Below are positions 45,337-55,180 of a stretch of DNA of 64,000 bases, in pieces. The notes beneath the pieces were generated by a model. It searched no databases. It was not told the origin of the DNA and saw only the letters and a list, made by a program, of their open reading frames with translations. Each line of letters begins with the position of its first letter. The stretch's first letter is position 1. The stretch spans positions 773,062-837,061 of the forward strand of contig CP066698.1 of NCBI GenBank assembly GCA_016432645.1, read 5' to 3'. This DNA comes from Candidatus Falkowbacteria bacterium. GTDB taxonomy: Bacteria; Patescibacteriota; Patescibacteriia; Patescibacteriales; UBA12465. A program made the position numbers and the translations under genes.

Positions 45337-45421
45337 AACCTATTTTTAGGATAATTCGTCAAGATGCAAAAATATCGCTAAAAGTTATATAATAGAAAGA
45401 GAAAATATTAATTTTATATTT

Positions 45422-46537
45422 ATGGATAATTGGCCAATTTTTTTAATAGTTTTAGGCGGTTTAGGGATTATTATATATCTTTTGCTAAAAAGAAAAGATG
45501 AGGGGTCGGATAAAATGTTGCCTTTAATGGAGCGGATGGCTCAGCAGTCAGAGAAATTAACTCAGCTTTCAGAGCAGAATAGCGAGCTCCGCCAAGAACT
45601 GGACCGAAAGTTATCAGAAACTCATCGTTCCAATCAGGAACAGTTTGGGCAGACGACTAAGATTGTTCAAAATATTACTAATCAGTCAGCCAAGTTAATC
45701 GCCGATGTTACCGAGAAGCTGGCCAAACTGGATGAAACCAATAAGCAAGTCGTAAATTTTTCTTCCCAATTGCAGAATTTGCAAGATATTTTAAAAAATC
45801 CGAAACAGCGCGGTGTTTTAGGGGAATATTTTTTAGAAGAAACTTTGAAAAATGTTTTGCCGCCAGGCTCGTATCAAATGCAGTATAAAATGGGCAAGGA
45901 TGATAAGACGGGTAAAGACTTAATTGTGGATGCTGTGGTTATAGTTAAAGATAAAATTATTCCGGTAGATGCCAAGTTTTCTTTGGAAAACTATGAGCGC
46001 ATTTTAAATGCCACTGATAAAGAATCGCGCGAGAAATTGGAACAGCAATTCAAGCAGGATTTGAAAAATCGTATCGACGAAACCGCTAAATATGTTTTGC
46101 CGGATAGAGGAACCATGGAATTCGCGTTTATGTTTATTCCTTCGGAAGCAATTTATTATGATTTATTGGTTAATAAAGTCGGTGCGGTTAAGGTTAATAC
46201 AAGAGATTTAATTGAATATGCTTTCCGCGACAAGAAAGTAATTATTGTTTCGCCGACTTCTTTTCTTGCTTATTTACAGACAGTTCTTCAGGGACTAAAA
46301 GCGATGCAGATTGAGGAAAAGGCTAAAGAGATTAAGAGCAATATTGAAAAATTGGCCAAGCACATGCTCGCTTATGATGAATTCTTAAAGAAGCTCGGTT
46401 CCAGTTTATCTACCACGGTCAATCATTATAATAATGCTTCTTTGGAATTTAAAAAAATGGATAAAGACGTTATGAAAATTACCGGTGGCGATAGCTCCAT
46501 TGAACCCTTAAAAATAGAAAGACCAAAAAATGCTTAG
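45422..46537 (+). CDS. rmuC: DNA recombination protein RmuC
   Basis: N-terminal TM helix, long coiled coil and C-terminal RmuC nuclease-like region (VDAKF...FMFIPSEA...VSPTS). Confidence 0.85.
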   Translation: MDNWPIFLIVLGGLGIIIYLLLKRKDEGSDKMLPLMERMAQQSEKLTQLSEQNSELRQELDRKLSETHRSNQEQFGQTTKIVQNITNQSAKLIADVTEKLAKLDETNKQVVNFSSQLQNLQDILKNPKQRGVLGEYFLEETLKNVLPPGSYQMQYKMGKDDKTGKDLIVDAVVIVKDKIIPVDAKFSLENYERILNATDKESREKLEQQFKQDLKNRIDETAKYVLPDRGTMEFAFMFIPSEAIYYDLLVNKVGAVKVNTRDLIEYAFRDKKVIIVSPTSFLAYLQTVLQGLKAMQIEEKAKEIKSNIEKLAKHMLAYDEFLKKLGSSLSTTVNHYNNASLEFKKMDKDVMKITGGDSSIEPLKIERPKNA

Positions 46538-47408
46538 TGATAACTACAATCAGAAAATATCAACTCGGGACATCTTAGACCCACTGGTTTTTTTTGATTT
46601 ATTTGATTTTCCCCTAACTGCTTATGAAATTTGGCATTATTTAGATTGTCGCGGTTCTTTGGCGGCGCTGACATCGTCTTTAGAAATGATAGATTCAAAA
46701 ATTTTAGGCCAAAAAAATGGTTTTTATTTTTTAAGCGGCCGTGAGAATATCGTCGAAACCAGAAAAATAAGATATAATTATTCTTGTCATAAAATAAAAA
46801 TTGCTAAGCGGTTTGCCCGCGCCTTTGCCTTCTCGCCGTTTGTAAAAACTATCGCCATTGCTAATTTTATCGGTGATCATAATTTACGCCAAGAAGGCGA
46901 TATTGATTTCTTTATTATCACTAGTGCCAGGCGGATTTGGTTAAGTCGTTTATTTTGTGCAGGGCTAGCTAAGTTGCTGAACAGCCGCCCGACTGCTAAG
47001 AAAAAACAAGATAAAATTTGTTTGAGTTTTTATATCTCTGAAGAACATCTGGATATTCGTGATTTAGCTTTAGGCGATAACGACCCCTATTTTTATTATT
47101 GGTTGCGTGGGTTGTTGCCAATTTATGATTCTAATAATTTTTATCAGCAGTTTTTAGCCGCCAACAATCTAAGCACTGATAAATTTACCGCGGTTTCTAT
47201 TCAGATATCTTGGCTGGACGCTCTGGAAAAAATAGCTAAAAAGTGGCAGTTAAAAATTATGTCTCCGGGCTTAAAGAAGGCCATGAATAATTCGGACGGA
47301 GTTGTTATTTCGGATAGCGTTCTAAAATTATATCTTAGCGATAGACGGCGTCTATTTGCTGAAAAGTTTAAGTCTAAATATGATGAACTTCTTAAAAAGA
47401 TTAACTGA
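46530..47408 (+). CDS. hypothetical protein (possible nucleotidyltransferase-like GDIDFF motif)
   Basis: 292-aa ORF that overlaps the rmuC stop by 8 nt. No family confidently recognised. Confidence 0.5.
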   Translation: MLSDNYNQKISTRDILDPLVFFDLFDFPLTAYEIWHYLDCRGSLAALTSSLEMIDSKILGQKNGFYFLSGRENIVETRKIRYNYSCHKIKIAKRFARAFAFSPFVKTIAIANFIGDHNLRQEGDIDFFIITSARRIWLSRLFCAGLAKLLNSRPTAKKKQDKICLSFYISEEHLDIRDLALGDNDPYFYYWLRGLLPIYDSNNFYQQFLAANNLSTDKFTAVSIQISWLDALEKIAKKWQLKIMSPGLKKAMNNSDGVVISDSVLKLYLSDRRRLFAEKFKSKYDELLKKIN

Positions 47409-48666
47409 GTTTTTTTTATTAGTTTTTGTTTTTATTCTGCCCTGGCAAACAAAGCTGATTCTTCGGCCGGCACTTAATAATTTTAATGATATCAGTTTGT
47501 ATGCCAGCCATTTGGTTTTATTGCTGGCCCTGATTTGTTTTTTTGTTTATAAGATTTGGACCAGGGATTCCGGCCGTAAAACTCCACCGCTGTGGTATTT
47601 TTTGGGAGTTCTAGAAATTGTAATGGTAGTTTCTTTTTTCTATGCGCCTGATAGGCTCTTAGCCGCTTTCCATTACTTATTATTTTTGGGCGGCCTGGGG
47701 CTGTTTTATTTAGTTAGAGAGGGAATTAATCGCGCCGCTTATGAAGACAGCTGTTTGAATCGGACGAGGATTATCTATGTTTTTTTGGCGAGCGCTTTCT
47801 TGCAAGCTTCTTTGGGAATTTATCAATTTCTCAGTCAAAAATCTTTTGCTTTTAAATATTTAGGCTTGGCCGCTCATGATCCGGAAGTAATGGGAACGGC
47901 GGTCATTGAAACGGCTTCCGGGCGCTGGTTGCGGGCTTATGGCGGCCTCGACCATCCTAATATTTTGGGCGGAGTGCTGGCTATTTCTTTAATTCTGTCA
48001 GCCTATCTATTGGCTCGAAAAAAAATAATTAATTCCAATATTCAAATTTGGGGCTTGATTATGCTGTTTTTCAGTTATTTTTTTGCGTTGATTGCCATGT
48101 TTTTTTCTTTTTCGCGCGCCGCTTGGCTGGCCTATGCAATCGGTATGCTGATTTTAGCCGCGGTTATTTATAAACGGGAAGATCGCTGGGTAGCGAAAAG
48201 ATTTTTAGCGTTAATCTTTTTTTCCGGCGCATTATTGATGATTGCGGCTCTGCCTTATCGCGAGTTAGCGTTAACCCGTTTTGCGGCGACTTCGCGCTTA
48301 GAACAGATTTCTATTTCAGAACGTGAAGATTACCTTTCCCAGTCTGGAGAAATAATAAAAAACCACCCCTGGTTTGGAGTGGGCAATGCTAATTATGTAA
48401 AATATCTGGAAAAAAATTCAGCTATCAGTAATTTTAATTATTATCAACCGGTTCATAATGCTTTTCTCTTGGTTTTTGCTGAAAATGGCGTCTTTGCTTT
48501 TTTGGCCGTGATTTTATTTTTAATTTTCTTGGCGTTTAGCCCGCGCCGGCAAAATTTTGCCTTCTCAATTATTGCCGCTCTGGTGATTATGATGATGTTT
48601 GATCACTGGCTCCTCTCTCTGCCTTTTGGAATTTTATTCTTCTTCTTGATTCTCGGCTTGATTTGA
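47380..48666 (+). CDS. O-antigen ligase family membrane protein
   Basis: More than 10 TM helices and Wzy_C-type loop FSFSRAAWLAYAIG. ATG at 47380 preferred over TTG at 47356. Confidence 0.65.
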   Translation: MMNFLKRLTEFFLLVFVFILPWQTKLILRPALNNFNDISLYASHLVLLLALICFFVYKIWTRDSGRKTPPLWYFLGVLEIVMVVSFFYAPDRLLAAFHYLLFLGGLGLFYLVREGINRAAYEDSCLNRTRIIYVFLASAFLQASLGIYQFLSQKSFAFKYLGLAAHDPEVMGTAVIETASGRWLRAYGGLDHPNILGGVLAISLILSAYLLARKKIINSNIQIWGLIMLFFSYFFALIAMFFSFSRAAWLAYAIGMLILAAVIYKREDRWVAKRFLALIFFSGALLMIAALPYRELALTRFAATSRLEQISISEREDYLSQSGEIIKNHPWFGVGNANYVKYLEKNSAISNFNYYQPVHNAFLLVFAENGVFAFLAVILFLIFLAFSPRRQNFAFSIIAALVIMMMFDHWLLSLPFGILFFFLILGLI

Positions 48667-48884
48667 TAGTTTTGTTGCAGCCAGATTAAATCTTTTTCCA
48701 CTTCATTTAGAGTCTGATAAAAATCCGGATTAATCAGGTCCGGATTTTTTTCAATATTTTGGCGCCAAAGGCTTAGAATTGTGGCGATAGTACCGAAGTA
48801 ATCATCTTGAGAAAGATGAAACTTGGTGCCGGCCTCATCTTTCAGCAGCCAGACCCCAGGCTTTATTAGATATTTGGCAGGCAT
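48603..48884 (-). CDS. hypothetical small protein downstream of radC
   Basis: 93-aa ORF starting 1 nt after the radC stop. Its 3' end overlaps the convergent gene by 64 nt. Confidence 0.4.
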   Translation of the reverse strand: MPAKYLIKPGVWLLKDEAGTKFHLSQDDYFGTIATILSLWRQNIEKNPDLINPDFYQTLNEVEKDLIWLQQNYQIKPRIKKKNKIPKGRERSQ

Positions 48885-48885
48885 G

Positions 48886-49602
48886 TTAAATAATACTGTT
48901 AAATTTGTTTTTACCGATTATTAGATGGTCTAAAATTTCAATATCTAAAATTTTTCCGGCGGCGATTAGTTTGTCGGTGATTTCCGCATCCGCTTTTGTG
49001 GCTTTTAAAACGCCGGATGGGTGGTTATGAGCGATAATCATCGCGGCGGCCGAATATTCTAAAGCCGGGCGAAATACTTCCCGTGGTTGGACAATTGCGG
49101 CATCAAGCGTCCCGATTGATATCACCTCATCATGGATAAGTTGGTAATGGGTATTTAAATATAAGCCTCTAAATTGTTCTTTGTTTAAACTGCCCATATC
49201 CTTTAGATATTCAAAGGCTTGTTTGGCGGTTCTGATGGTAATTGAGCCGCCTGGTTTTTTTTGGTAAAAACGGCGTCCTAGTTCAAAACAGGCGACAATT
49301 TGGCAGGCTTTTACCAGCGGAATGCCTAAATCTTTTTCAATGACCGCCGGATTTTTTTGATAAGCGATGCCTTTTTCACCATATTCACGCAATAGGCGCG
49401 AAGACATAGAGAAGACCTCTTCTTTTTTAGTGTCGGTACCGAGAACGACTGCCAATAATTCAGCGGCGCTTAGGGCGCCGGGGCCGTTCTCTAACATTTT
49501 TTCGCGCGGTTTTTCTTCATCCGGTAAGTCTTTGACTCGGGTTATTTTATATTGGCGGCCGCTATTTAAAATAGTGTTGCGGTCATTAATTTTGTAGCTC
49601 AT
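48886..49602 (-). CDS. radC: RadC-like JAB domain protein (UPF0758)
   Basis: HhH N-terminal part and JAMM motif IIAHNHPSG. Confidence 0.85.
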   Translation of the reverse strand: MSYKINDRNTILNSGRQYKITRVKDLPDEEKPREKMLENGPGALSAAELLAVVLGTDTKKEEVFSMSSRLLREYGEKGIAYQKNPAVIEKDLGIPLVKACQIVACFELGRRFYQKKPGGSITIRTAKQAFEYLKDMGSLNKEQFRGLYLNTHYQLIHDEVISIGTLDAAIVQPREVFRPALEYSAAAMIIAHNHPSGVLKATKADAEITDKLIAAGKILDIEILDHLIIGKNKFNSII

Positions 49603-49705
49603 AAAAGGAGGATTTTAATTGAAATTAGAACTTAGACTTCGCTTTAAATTATAGCAAATATGTGCTAAATTTAAAATAAGATTTAACGAATTAACTTTAA
49701 ATAGT

Positions 49706-50971
49706 ATGGATAAATATAAAAAGATAATATTGTCAAATAAGGCGCCAATTATTCAAATTGCCCTGCCGGGAGCAAAGACTGCCACTGCTCTCCTTATTTT
49801 TAAGACTGGTTCCCGTTACGAAAATAAGAGCAATAATGGTATTTCCCATTTTTTAGAGCATCTATTTTTTAAAGGGACGGCTAAATATCCTAACACCTTA
49901 GCCTTGGCGAGTGAATTGGATTCCTTGGGCTGCGAATTTAATGCCTTTACTTCCAAGGAATTTACTGGCTATTGGATTAAAGCGGCGGAAAGCAAGCTAG
50001 GACAAGCTTTAGAAATTTTAGGAGAGATGATTTTGCATTCTAAAATGGAAGAAGCAGAAATTCAGAGGGAAAAAGGAGTTATTATTGAAGAGCTTAATAT
50101 GTATGAAGAAAACCCCATGATGCATATTGAAGATGTGCTTGAGGCTTGTATTTATGGCGATACCCCGGCCGGTTGGGAAACTGTCGGCACTAAGAAAAAT
50201 ATCCAAAGCTTCACGCGCCAAGATTTTATTTCTTATCTTGAAACCCAATATGGAGCTAACAGTGCCTGCTTTATTTTAGCCGGCGGCGTTAAAGATAAGG
50301 ATATTAATAAAGCTAAGGTGATTATTGGCGCTCTTAAACCCAATAAATGGCGGGCACAACTTAAAAATAAAGTTCAGCAAATAAAGCCGCGAGTTAAAGT
50401 TTCTTTTAAGGACATTGATCAAGCTAATCTCTCATTAGCGGTCAGAACTTTCCCGCTTAATCATGCTGAAGAGCTTAATGTAAAGCTTTTATCCATTATT
50501 TTAGGCGGGGCGATGAGTTCCCGTTTGTTCATTAATCTGCGTGAACGCAATGGTTTAGCTTATTATGTTAAAACCGATTCCGAATTTTATTCTGATTCCG
50601 GATATTTGACTACTCAAGCCGGCGTACCGACCGAAAAAACGCAGCAGGCCGTAGAAATTATTTTGAAAGAATATCGGCGTTTAATAAGCGAGTTGATTCC
50701 GCTTCCAGAATTGAATCGCGCCAAAGATTTATTGCGCGGACGCTTGCTTTTACAGATGGAAGCCACGGATAATGTCGCCAATTGGTACGCGCGCCAAGCA
50801 ATTTTGCGCCGGCAAATCATGACCCCGGCTGAGTTTATGAAAAAAATTGCCACGATTACTCCGGCCAGCTTGCAAAAAACCGCCAAAAAAATATTTATTG
50901 ATTCCGGTTTAAACTTAGCGGTTATCGGCCGGGTAAAAACTAGTGATTTTACCAAGGTTTTGAAATTTTAA
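49706..50971 (+). CDS. M16 family (pitrilysin/insulinase-like) peptidase
   Basis: Inverted zinc motif HFLEHLFFKGT and a two-domain length of about 420 aa. Confidence 0.85.
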   Translation: MDKYKKIILSNKAPIIQIALPGAKTATALLIFKTGSRYENKSNNGISHFLEHLFFKGTAKYPNTLALASELDSLGCEFNAFTSKEFTGYWIKAAESKLGQALEILGEMILHSKMEEAEIQREKGVIIEELNMYEENPMMHIEDVLEACIYGDTPAGWETVGTKKNIQSFTRQDFISYLETQYGANSACFILAGGVKDKDINKAKVIIGALKPNKWRAQLKNKVQQIKPRVKVSFKDIDQANLSLAVRTFPLNHAEELNVKLLSIILGGAMSSRLFINLRERNGLAYYVKTDSEFYSDSGYLTTQAGVPTEKTQQAVEIILKEYRRLISELIPLPELNRAKDLLRGRLLLQMEATDNVANWYARQAILRRQIMTPAEFMKKIATITPASLQKTAKKIFIDSGLNLAVIGRVKTSDFTKVLKF

Positions 50972-50988
50972 TTTATTGCTAAGCGCTT

Positions 50989-52116
50989 ATGTGGAAAATA
51001 AAGTTCCAAAAAGCGGAAATATTAATTATCGTCTTTATTGTCTTGGGCAGTTTTTTTATAATCAGCCGTTATCGGAATTTAGCCGATGATTTTCAGCAAT
51101 ATGGTTCCGAGGTTATAGCTAATCATCAAGCTATCCTGAGATCTCAAACGCAATGGCGATTGCCGGAAAATGGGGAGGTTAATAACAGCTTGCGCTTTTA
51201 TTTTTTTGGAGATTTGATGCTAGACAGGCACGTCGGCGAGCGTTTGGCCGGAAAACCGTTGTCTACTTTATTTTCTAGCTTTGAAGGGGGTAATAAATTT
51301 TGGTCGGGGGCGGATATTGTCGGGGCTAATCTAGAAGGGGCGGTGACTGATAACGGCGCGCATTATGCCCCGCAAAACGCTTATGACTTCGCCTTTGCAC
51401 CGGAGAGAATCGCTGAACTTCAAGCCTACGGTTTTAACTATTTCAGTTCGGCCAATAATCATTTTAGCGACCAGGGGCAAAATGGAGTTGAAGAGACTAG
51501 AAAAAATTTAAGCGAGCTTGGGTTTTATTATAGCGGCTCAACTGACGCTAAAGTTGATGAATATTCCCGAAAAGATATTATTGTATCCGGCCAAAAAATA
51601 GCAATGATTGGGTTATCGATGGTTTATAATAATTTTGATTTGGAGGCAGCCGAAAAATTAATTGGAACTGCCAGCTTGGAAACAAATTTAGTAATTGTTA
51701 ATATTCATTGGGGTACGGAATATGAGCATCAGTTCAATAAACATCAGCAAGCAATTGGACATGCGCTGATTGATACCGGCGCGGATGCGATTATCGGTCA
51801 TCATCCCCATGTCGTTCAGGGAGTGGAAATTTATCAAGGCAAGCCGATTTTTTATTCGCTAGGGAACTTCATTTTTGATCAGTATTTTTCCGCCGATACC
51901 CAAGAAGGACTGAGCGTCGGTTTAGATTTTAGCCAGGCCAGCACTACGATTTCCTTTTATCCGCTTAAATCAGCTAAGGCGGCGCCGCGGCTCATGGATG
52001 AAAATGAAAAAGTTAAATTTTGGGAGAAGTTTATTGCCTGGTCACAGCTTGATGCTAACCAGAAAGCAGCGATTGAATCTGGGCGCCTGGTTTTAGAACG
52101 GAAAAATAATCAGTAA
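50989..52116 (+). CDS. CapA family (PGA_cap metallophosphatase-like) protein
   Basis: TM anchor, FGDLMLDRHV, ANNHFSDQG, HWGTEY and GHHPHVVQG motifs. Confidence 0.75.
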   Translation: MWKIKFQKAEILIIVFIVLGSFFIISRYRNLADDFQQYGSEVIANHQAILRSQTQWRLPENGEVNNSLRFYFFGDLMLDRHVGERLAGKPLSTLFSSFEGGNKFWSGADIVGANLEGAVTDNGAHYAPQNAYDFAFAPERIAELQAYGFNYFSSANNHFSDQGQNGVEETRKNLSELGFYYSGSTDAKVDEYSRKDIIVSGQKIAMIGLSMVYNNFDLEAAEKLIGTASLETNLVIVNIHWGTEYEHQFNKHQQAIGHALIDTGADAIIGHHPHVVQGVEIYQGKPIFYSLGNFIFDQYFSADTQEGLSVGLDFSQASTTISFYPLKSAKAAPRLMDENEKVKFWEKFIAWSQLDANQKAAIESGRLVLERKNNQ

Positions 52117-52120
52117 ATAT

Positions 52121-55100
52121 ATGTTGGAAGATTTTAAAAAATTAAATAAAGCACAGCAAGCGGCTGTTTTACACAAAGATGGTCCGCTGCTGATTGTGGC
52201 AGGGGCCGGAACGGGGAAAACCACGGTTTTAATTAATCGTTTGGCGCATTTAATTCTTAATCAGAAAATCTCTACCGATGAAATTTTATTATTAACTTTT
52301 ACCGAAAAAGCGGCTGGCGAAATGGAAGAACGGGCCGATAAAATTATGCCTTACGGTTATGTTGATTTATGGATTAGCACTTTTCATGGTTTTTGTGAAA
52401 GAATTTTACGCGATCATGCTTTGGAAATCGGCCTTAATCCCAGCTTCAAGCTTTTAAACGAAACTGATCAATGGGTTTTAATAAAGAAAAATTTATCCCG
52501 CTTCCAGTTAGACTATTATCGCCCTCTCGGCAACCCGACTAAATTTATTTCCGAGCTTCTGAAACATTTTTCCCGGTTGAAGGATGAGAATATTAGCCCG
52601 GAGGAGTATTTGAGATACGTGGAAGATTTGGAGTCAAACCAAGACGAGCGTTTAAGCGGAAAAAAAATAGCTAAAAAAACAAAAGTTAAAGCGGTTGAGG
52701 CTGACGGTGATGATGAAGATGGGGAAGAGTTGGAGATTACGCGCTTGAAAGAATTAGCTGATGCCTATCATATTTATAATCAACTTCTGCTGGAAAATAA
52801 TTATTTAGATTTTGGCGGCTTGATTTCGTATGCGATTAAATTGTTTGTTGAGCGCCCGAATATTTTGAAGTATTATCGCCAGAAATTTCAATATCTTATG
52901 GTTGATGAATTTCAGGATACCAATTTAGCACAGTATCAACTAGTAAAAATGCTGGCGGCGCCAAAGAATAATTTATTAGTTGTCGGCGACGATGACCAAG
53001 CGATTTATAAATTCCGCGGGGCTTCGATTTCTAATATCATGCAGTTTAAAGAAGATTATCCGCAGGCGCACGAAATAGTTTTGACTGAGAATTATCGTTC
53101 CCGCCAGGAAATATTAGATAAGGCTTATGAATTTATTAATTATAATAATCCCAATCGTTTAGAAGTTAAATTAAATATCAATAAAAAATTAGCGGCCAAA
53201 GGCGGGGTTAATAAAAATAAAAAGAATGAGCCGGCGGTGCAGTTTTTTAATTTTGATACTCAAGATGAAGAAGTTTCTTTTATCGGCAATCAAATTAAAA
53301 ATATTTATGAAAATAAAATTGCTCAGGGAGAGGAAATTAGCTGGCTGGATTTCGCAATTTTAGTGCGCGCTAATGATACGGCCGATGTTTATGTTAAAGA
53401 GCTAAATCGCTTAGGCATTCCTAATCAATTTATGTCTTGGCGCGGGCTCTATTATAAGCCGCTCGTGTTGGATATTCTCGCCTATTTTAGGCTGTTGGAT
53501 AATTATCATGAGTCGTCATCTCTTTTTAGAGTCTTAAATATGGAAGCCTTCAAGGTTTCTCATCTGGATTTAGTAGCGATTAATAAAATGGCAGCCCGTA
53601 AAGTTTGGTCGCTTTATGAAGCTTTGAAAAATATTAATTTAATCGCCGGTGTTAGCGCGGAGAGTGTTTTAAATATTAAAAAACTTTTGAATTTAATTGA
53701 AAAGCATTCGCTCCTGATCGCTAATAATAAGCCGACTAAAATTTTTTTGCATTTTGCTTACGATTCCGGCTTATTAGAAAAAATGGATAGAGATCGCGAT
53801 TTGGAATTATTCTCCTATCTTAACCAGCTATATCAAAAAATGAAGGCCCTAGAAGACGCTAACGCCGATTTAAAGCTTAAGGACTTTTTAGAAATAATTA
53901 ATTTGGAGTTAGAAGCGGGTGAAACCGGTTCTTTAAAGTTAGATTTTGCCGACAATGAAACCGTAAAAATAATGACCGTCCATGGCGCCAAAGGCTTGGA
54001 ATTCAAATACGTTTTTATCGTTAATTTGGTTGATAAAAAATTTCCAACAATTTCGCGCAGTGAAAAAATTTCTATTCCTGACGCCTTAATCAAAGAAAAA
54101 GTCGTTCCGAGCGCCGAAGCGCATCTAGAAGAAGAACGCCGCTTGTTTTATGTGGCCGCCACTAGAGCTAAAGAAGAACTTTATCTGACCAGCGCCAAGG
54201 ATTATGGGTTAGTGAGAGAAAAAAAACCGTCACGCTTTATTTTAGAAATGGGGCTGGAGACAGAAACCCAGAATCAAGTTAAGCTAAGCAAACGCAACGA
54301 GTTTCTAAAAGACATTCATTTATTAAACGGCCAAGAGCCGACATTAATAAAGCCGAAAATTCCGGAAGTTCAATATCCGTTGCCAGAAAAATTTTCCTTT
54401 TCGCAGCTAGCGGCGTTTGCTACTTGCCCGCTGCAGTATAAGTTCGCCTTTATTCTAAAAATTCCTGCCGCCTCGGATAAAGCTTCATTAATTTTCGGTC
54501 GCGTGCTCCATAATACTTTGTATAATTTTTTGTTGCCAATTTTAAGTGAGACCAAGAAGATTCAAGCGAGCCTGTTTGCCGATGAAAAAATCAAGCCGAA
54601 AATAGAAGATTTGATAAATGCTAAAAGATTAAATGTGCTTTATCAAGAATTTTGGCAGCCGGATGGCTACCAAAATAAAGAAGAGCGGGAAGCTTATTTG
54701 CAGAAAGGGCGCTTAGCTTTAAATCGTTTTTTTGATGATTATCAAAAAAATCCGCCGGCCGAAATTATATTTTTAGAAAAAAAGTTTTCTTTTAAAATCG
54801 GTGCCGATGTTATTAAGGGAACGATGGACAGGGTTGATCGCTTAGCCGATGGTAGTTTGGAAATAATTGACTATAAAACAGGCAAGAGTAAAACCAAATT
54901 AGAATTTAAAGATAAGCGTCAGCTGATTTTATACAAAATATTTTTGGAAGAGTTCTTGGGAGAGAAAGTCAGCCAGTTAAGCTATTATTATCTGGAAAGC
55001 GGCGAGAAGTTTTCCTTTAACGCCACCGAGAAAGAAATAGAAAAATTGAAATCCGGGGTATTGGAAGAAATTGCGGCGATTAAAAATCGCAATTTTGCGC

Positions 55101-55165
55101 CCAAGCCGTCGCCGATGTGTGAATTTTGTGATTTTAGAACAATTTGCGAATTTAGACAGCTTTAG
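52121..55165 (+). CDS. UvrD/PcrA/AddA-type helicase fused to a C-terminal PD-(D/E)xK (Cas4-like, Cys-cluster) nuclease
   Basis: Helicase motifs AGAGTGKT, DEFQDT, TVHGAKGLEF and YVAATRA. Nuclease part has C(x)...DRVD...EIIDYKTG...CEFCDFRTIC. Confidence 0.85.
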   Translation: MLEDFKKLNKAQQAAVLHKDGPLLIVAGAGTGKTTVLINRLAHLILNQKISTDEILLLTFTEKAAGEMEERADKIMPYGYVDLWISTFHGFCERILRDHALEIGLNPSFKLLNETDQWVLIKKNLSRFQLDYYRPLGNPTKFISELLKHFSRLKDENISPEEYLRYVEDLESNQDERLSGKKIAKKTKVKAVEADGDDEDGEELEITRLKELADAYHIYNQLLLENNYLDFGGLISYAIKLFVERPNILKYYRQKFQYLMVDEFQDTNLAQYQLVKMLAAPKNNLLVVGDDDQAIYKFRGASISNIMQFKEDYPQAHEIVLTENYRSRQEILDKAYEFINYNNPNRLEVKLNINKKLAAKGGVNKNKKNEPAVQFFNFDTQDEEVSFIGNQIKNIYENKIAQGEEISWLDFAILVRANDTADVYVKELNRLGIPNQFMSWRGLYYKPLVLDILAYFRLLDNYHESSSLFRVLNMEAFKVSHLDLVAINKMAARKVWSLYEALKNINLIAGVSAESVLNIKKLLNLIEKHSLLIANNKPTKIFLHFAYDSGLLEKMDRDRDLELFSYLNQLYQKMKALEDANADLKLKDFLEIINLELEAGETGSLKLDFADNETVKIMTVHGAKGLEFKYVFIVNLVDKKFPTISRSEKISIPDALIKEKVVPSAEAHLEEERRLFYVAATRAKEELYLTSAKDYGLVREKKPSRFILEMGLETETQNQVKLSKRNEFLKDIHLLNGQEPTLIKPKIPEVQYPLPEKFSFSQLAAFATCPLQYKFAFILKIPAASDKASLIFGRVLHNTLYNFLLPILSETKKIQASLFADEKIKPKIEDLINAKRLNVLYQEFWQPDGYQNKEEREAYLQKGRLALNRFFDDYQKNPPAEIIFLEKKFSFKIGADVIKGTMDRVDRLADGSLEIIDYKTGKSKTKLEFKDKRQLILYKIFLEEFLGEKVSQLSYYYLESGEKFSFNATEKEIEKLKSGVLEEIAAIKNRNFAPKPSPMCEFCDFRTICEFRQL

Positions 55166-55180
55166 CTAGACTATAATTAT

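Noticed and set aside
49603-49705. Perfect SD (AAAGGAGG, 49605..49612) followed by a TTG-initiated 11-codon ORF
   Set aside because: The ORF is tiny and starts with a non-ATG codon, and I have no conservation evidence. The purine-rich run could be coincidental or part of the M16 peptidase leader.
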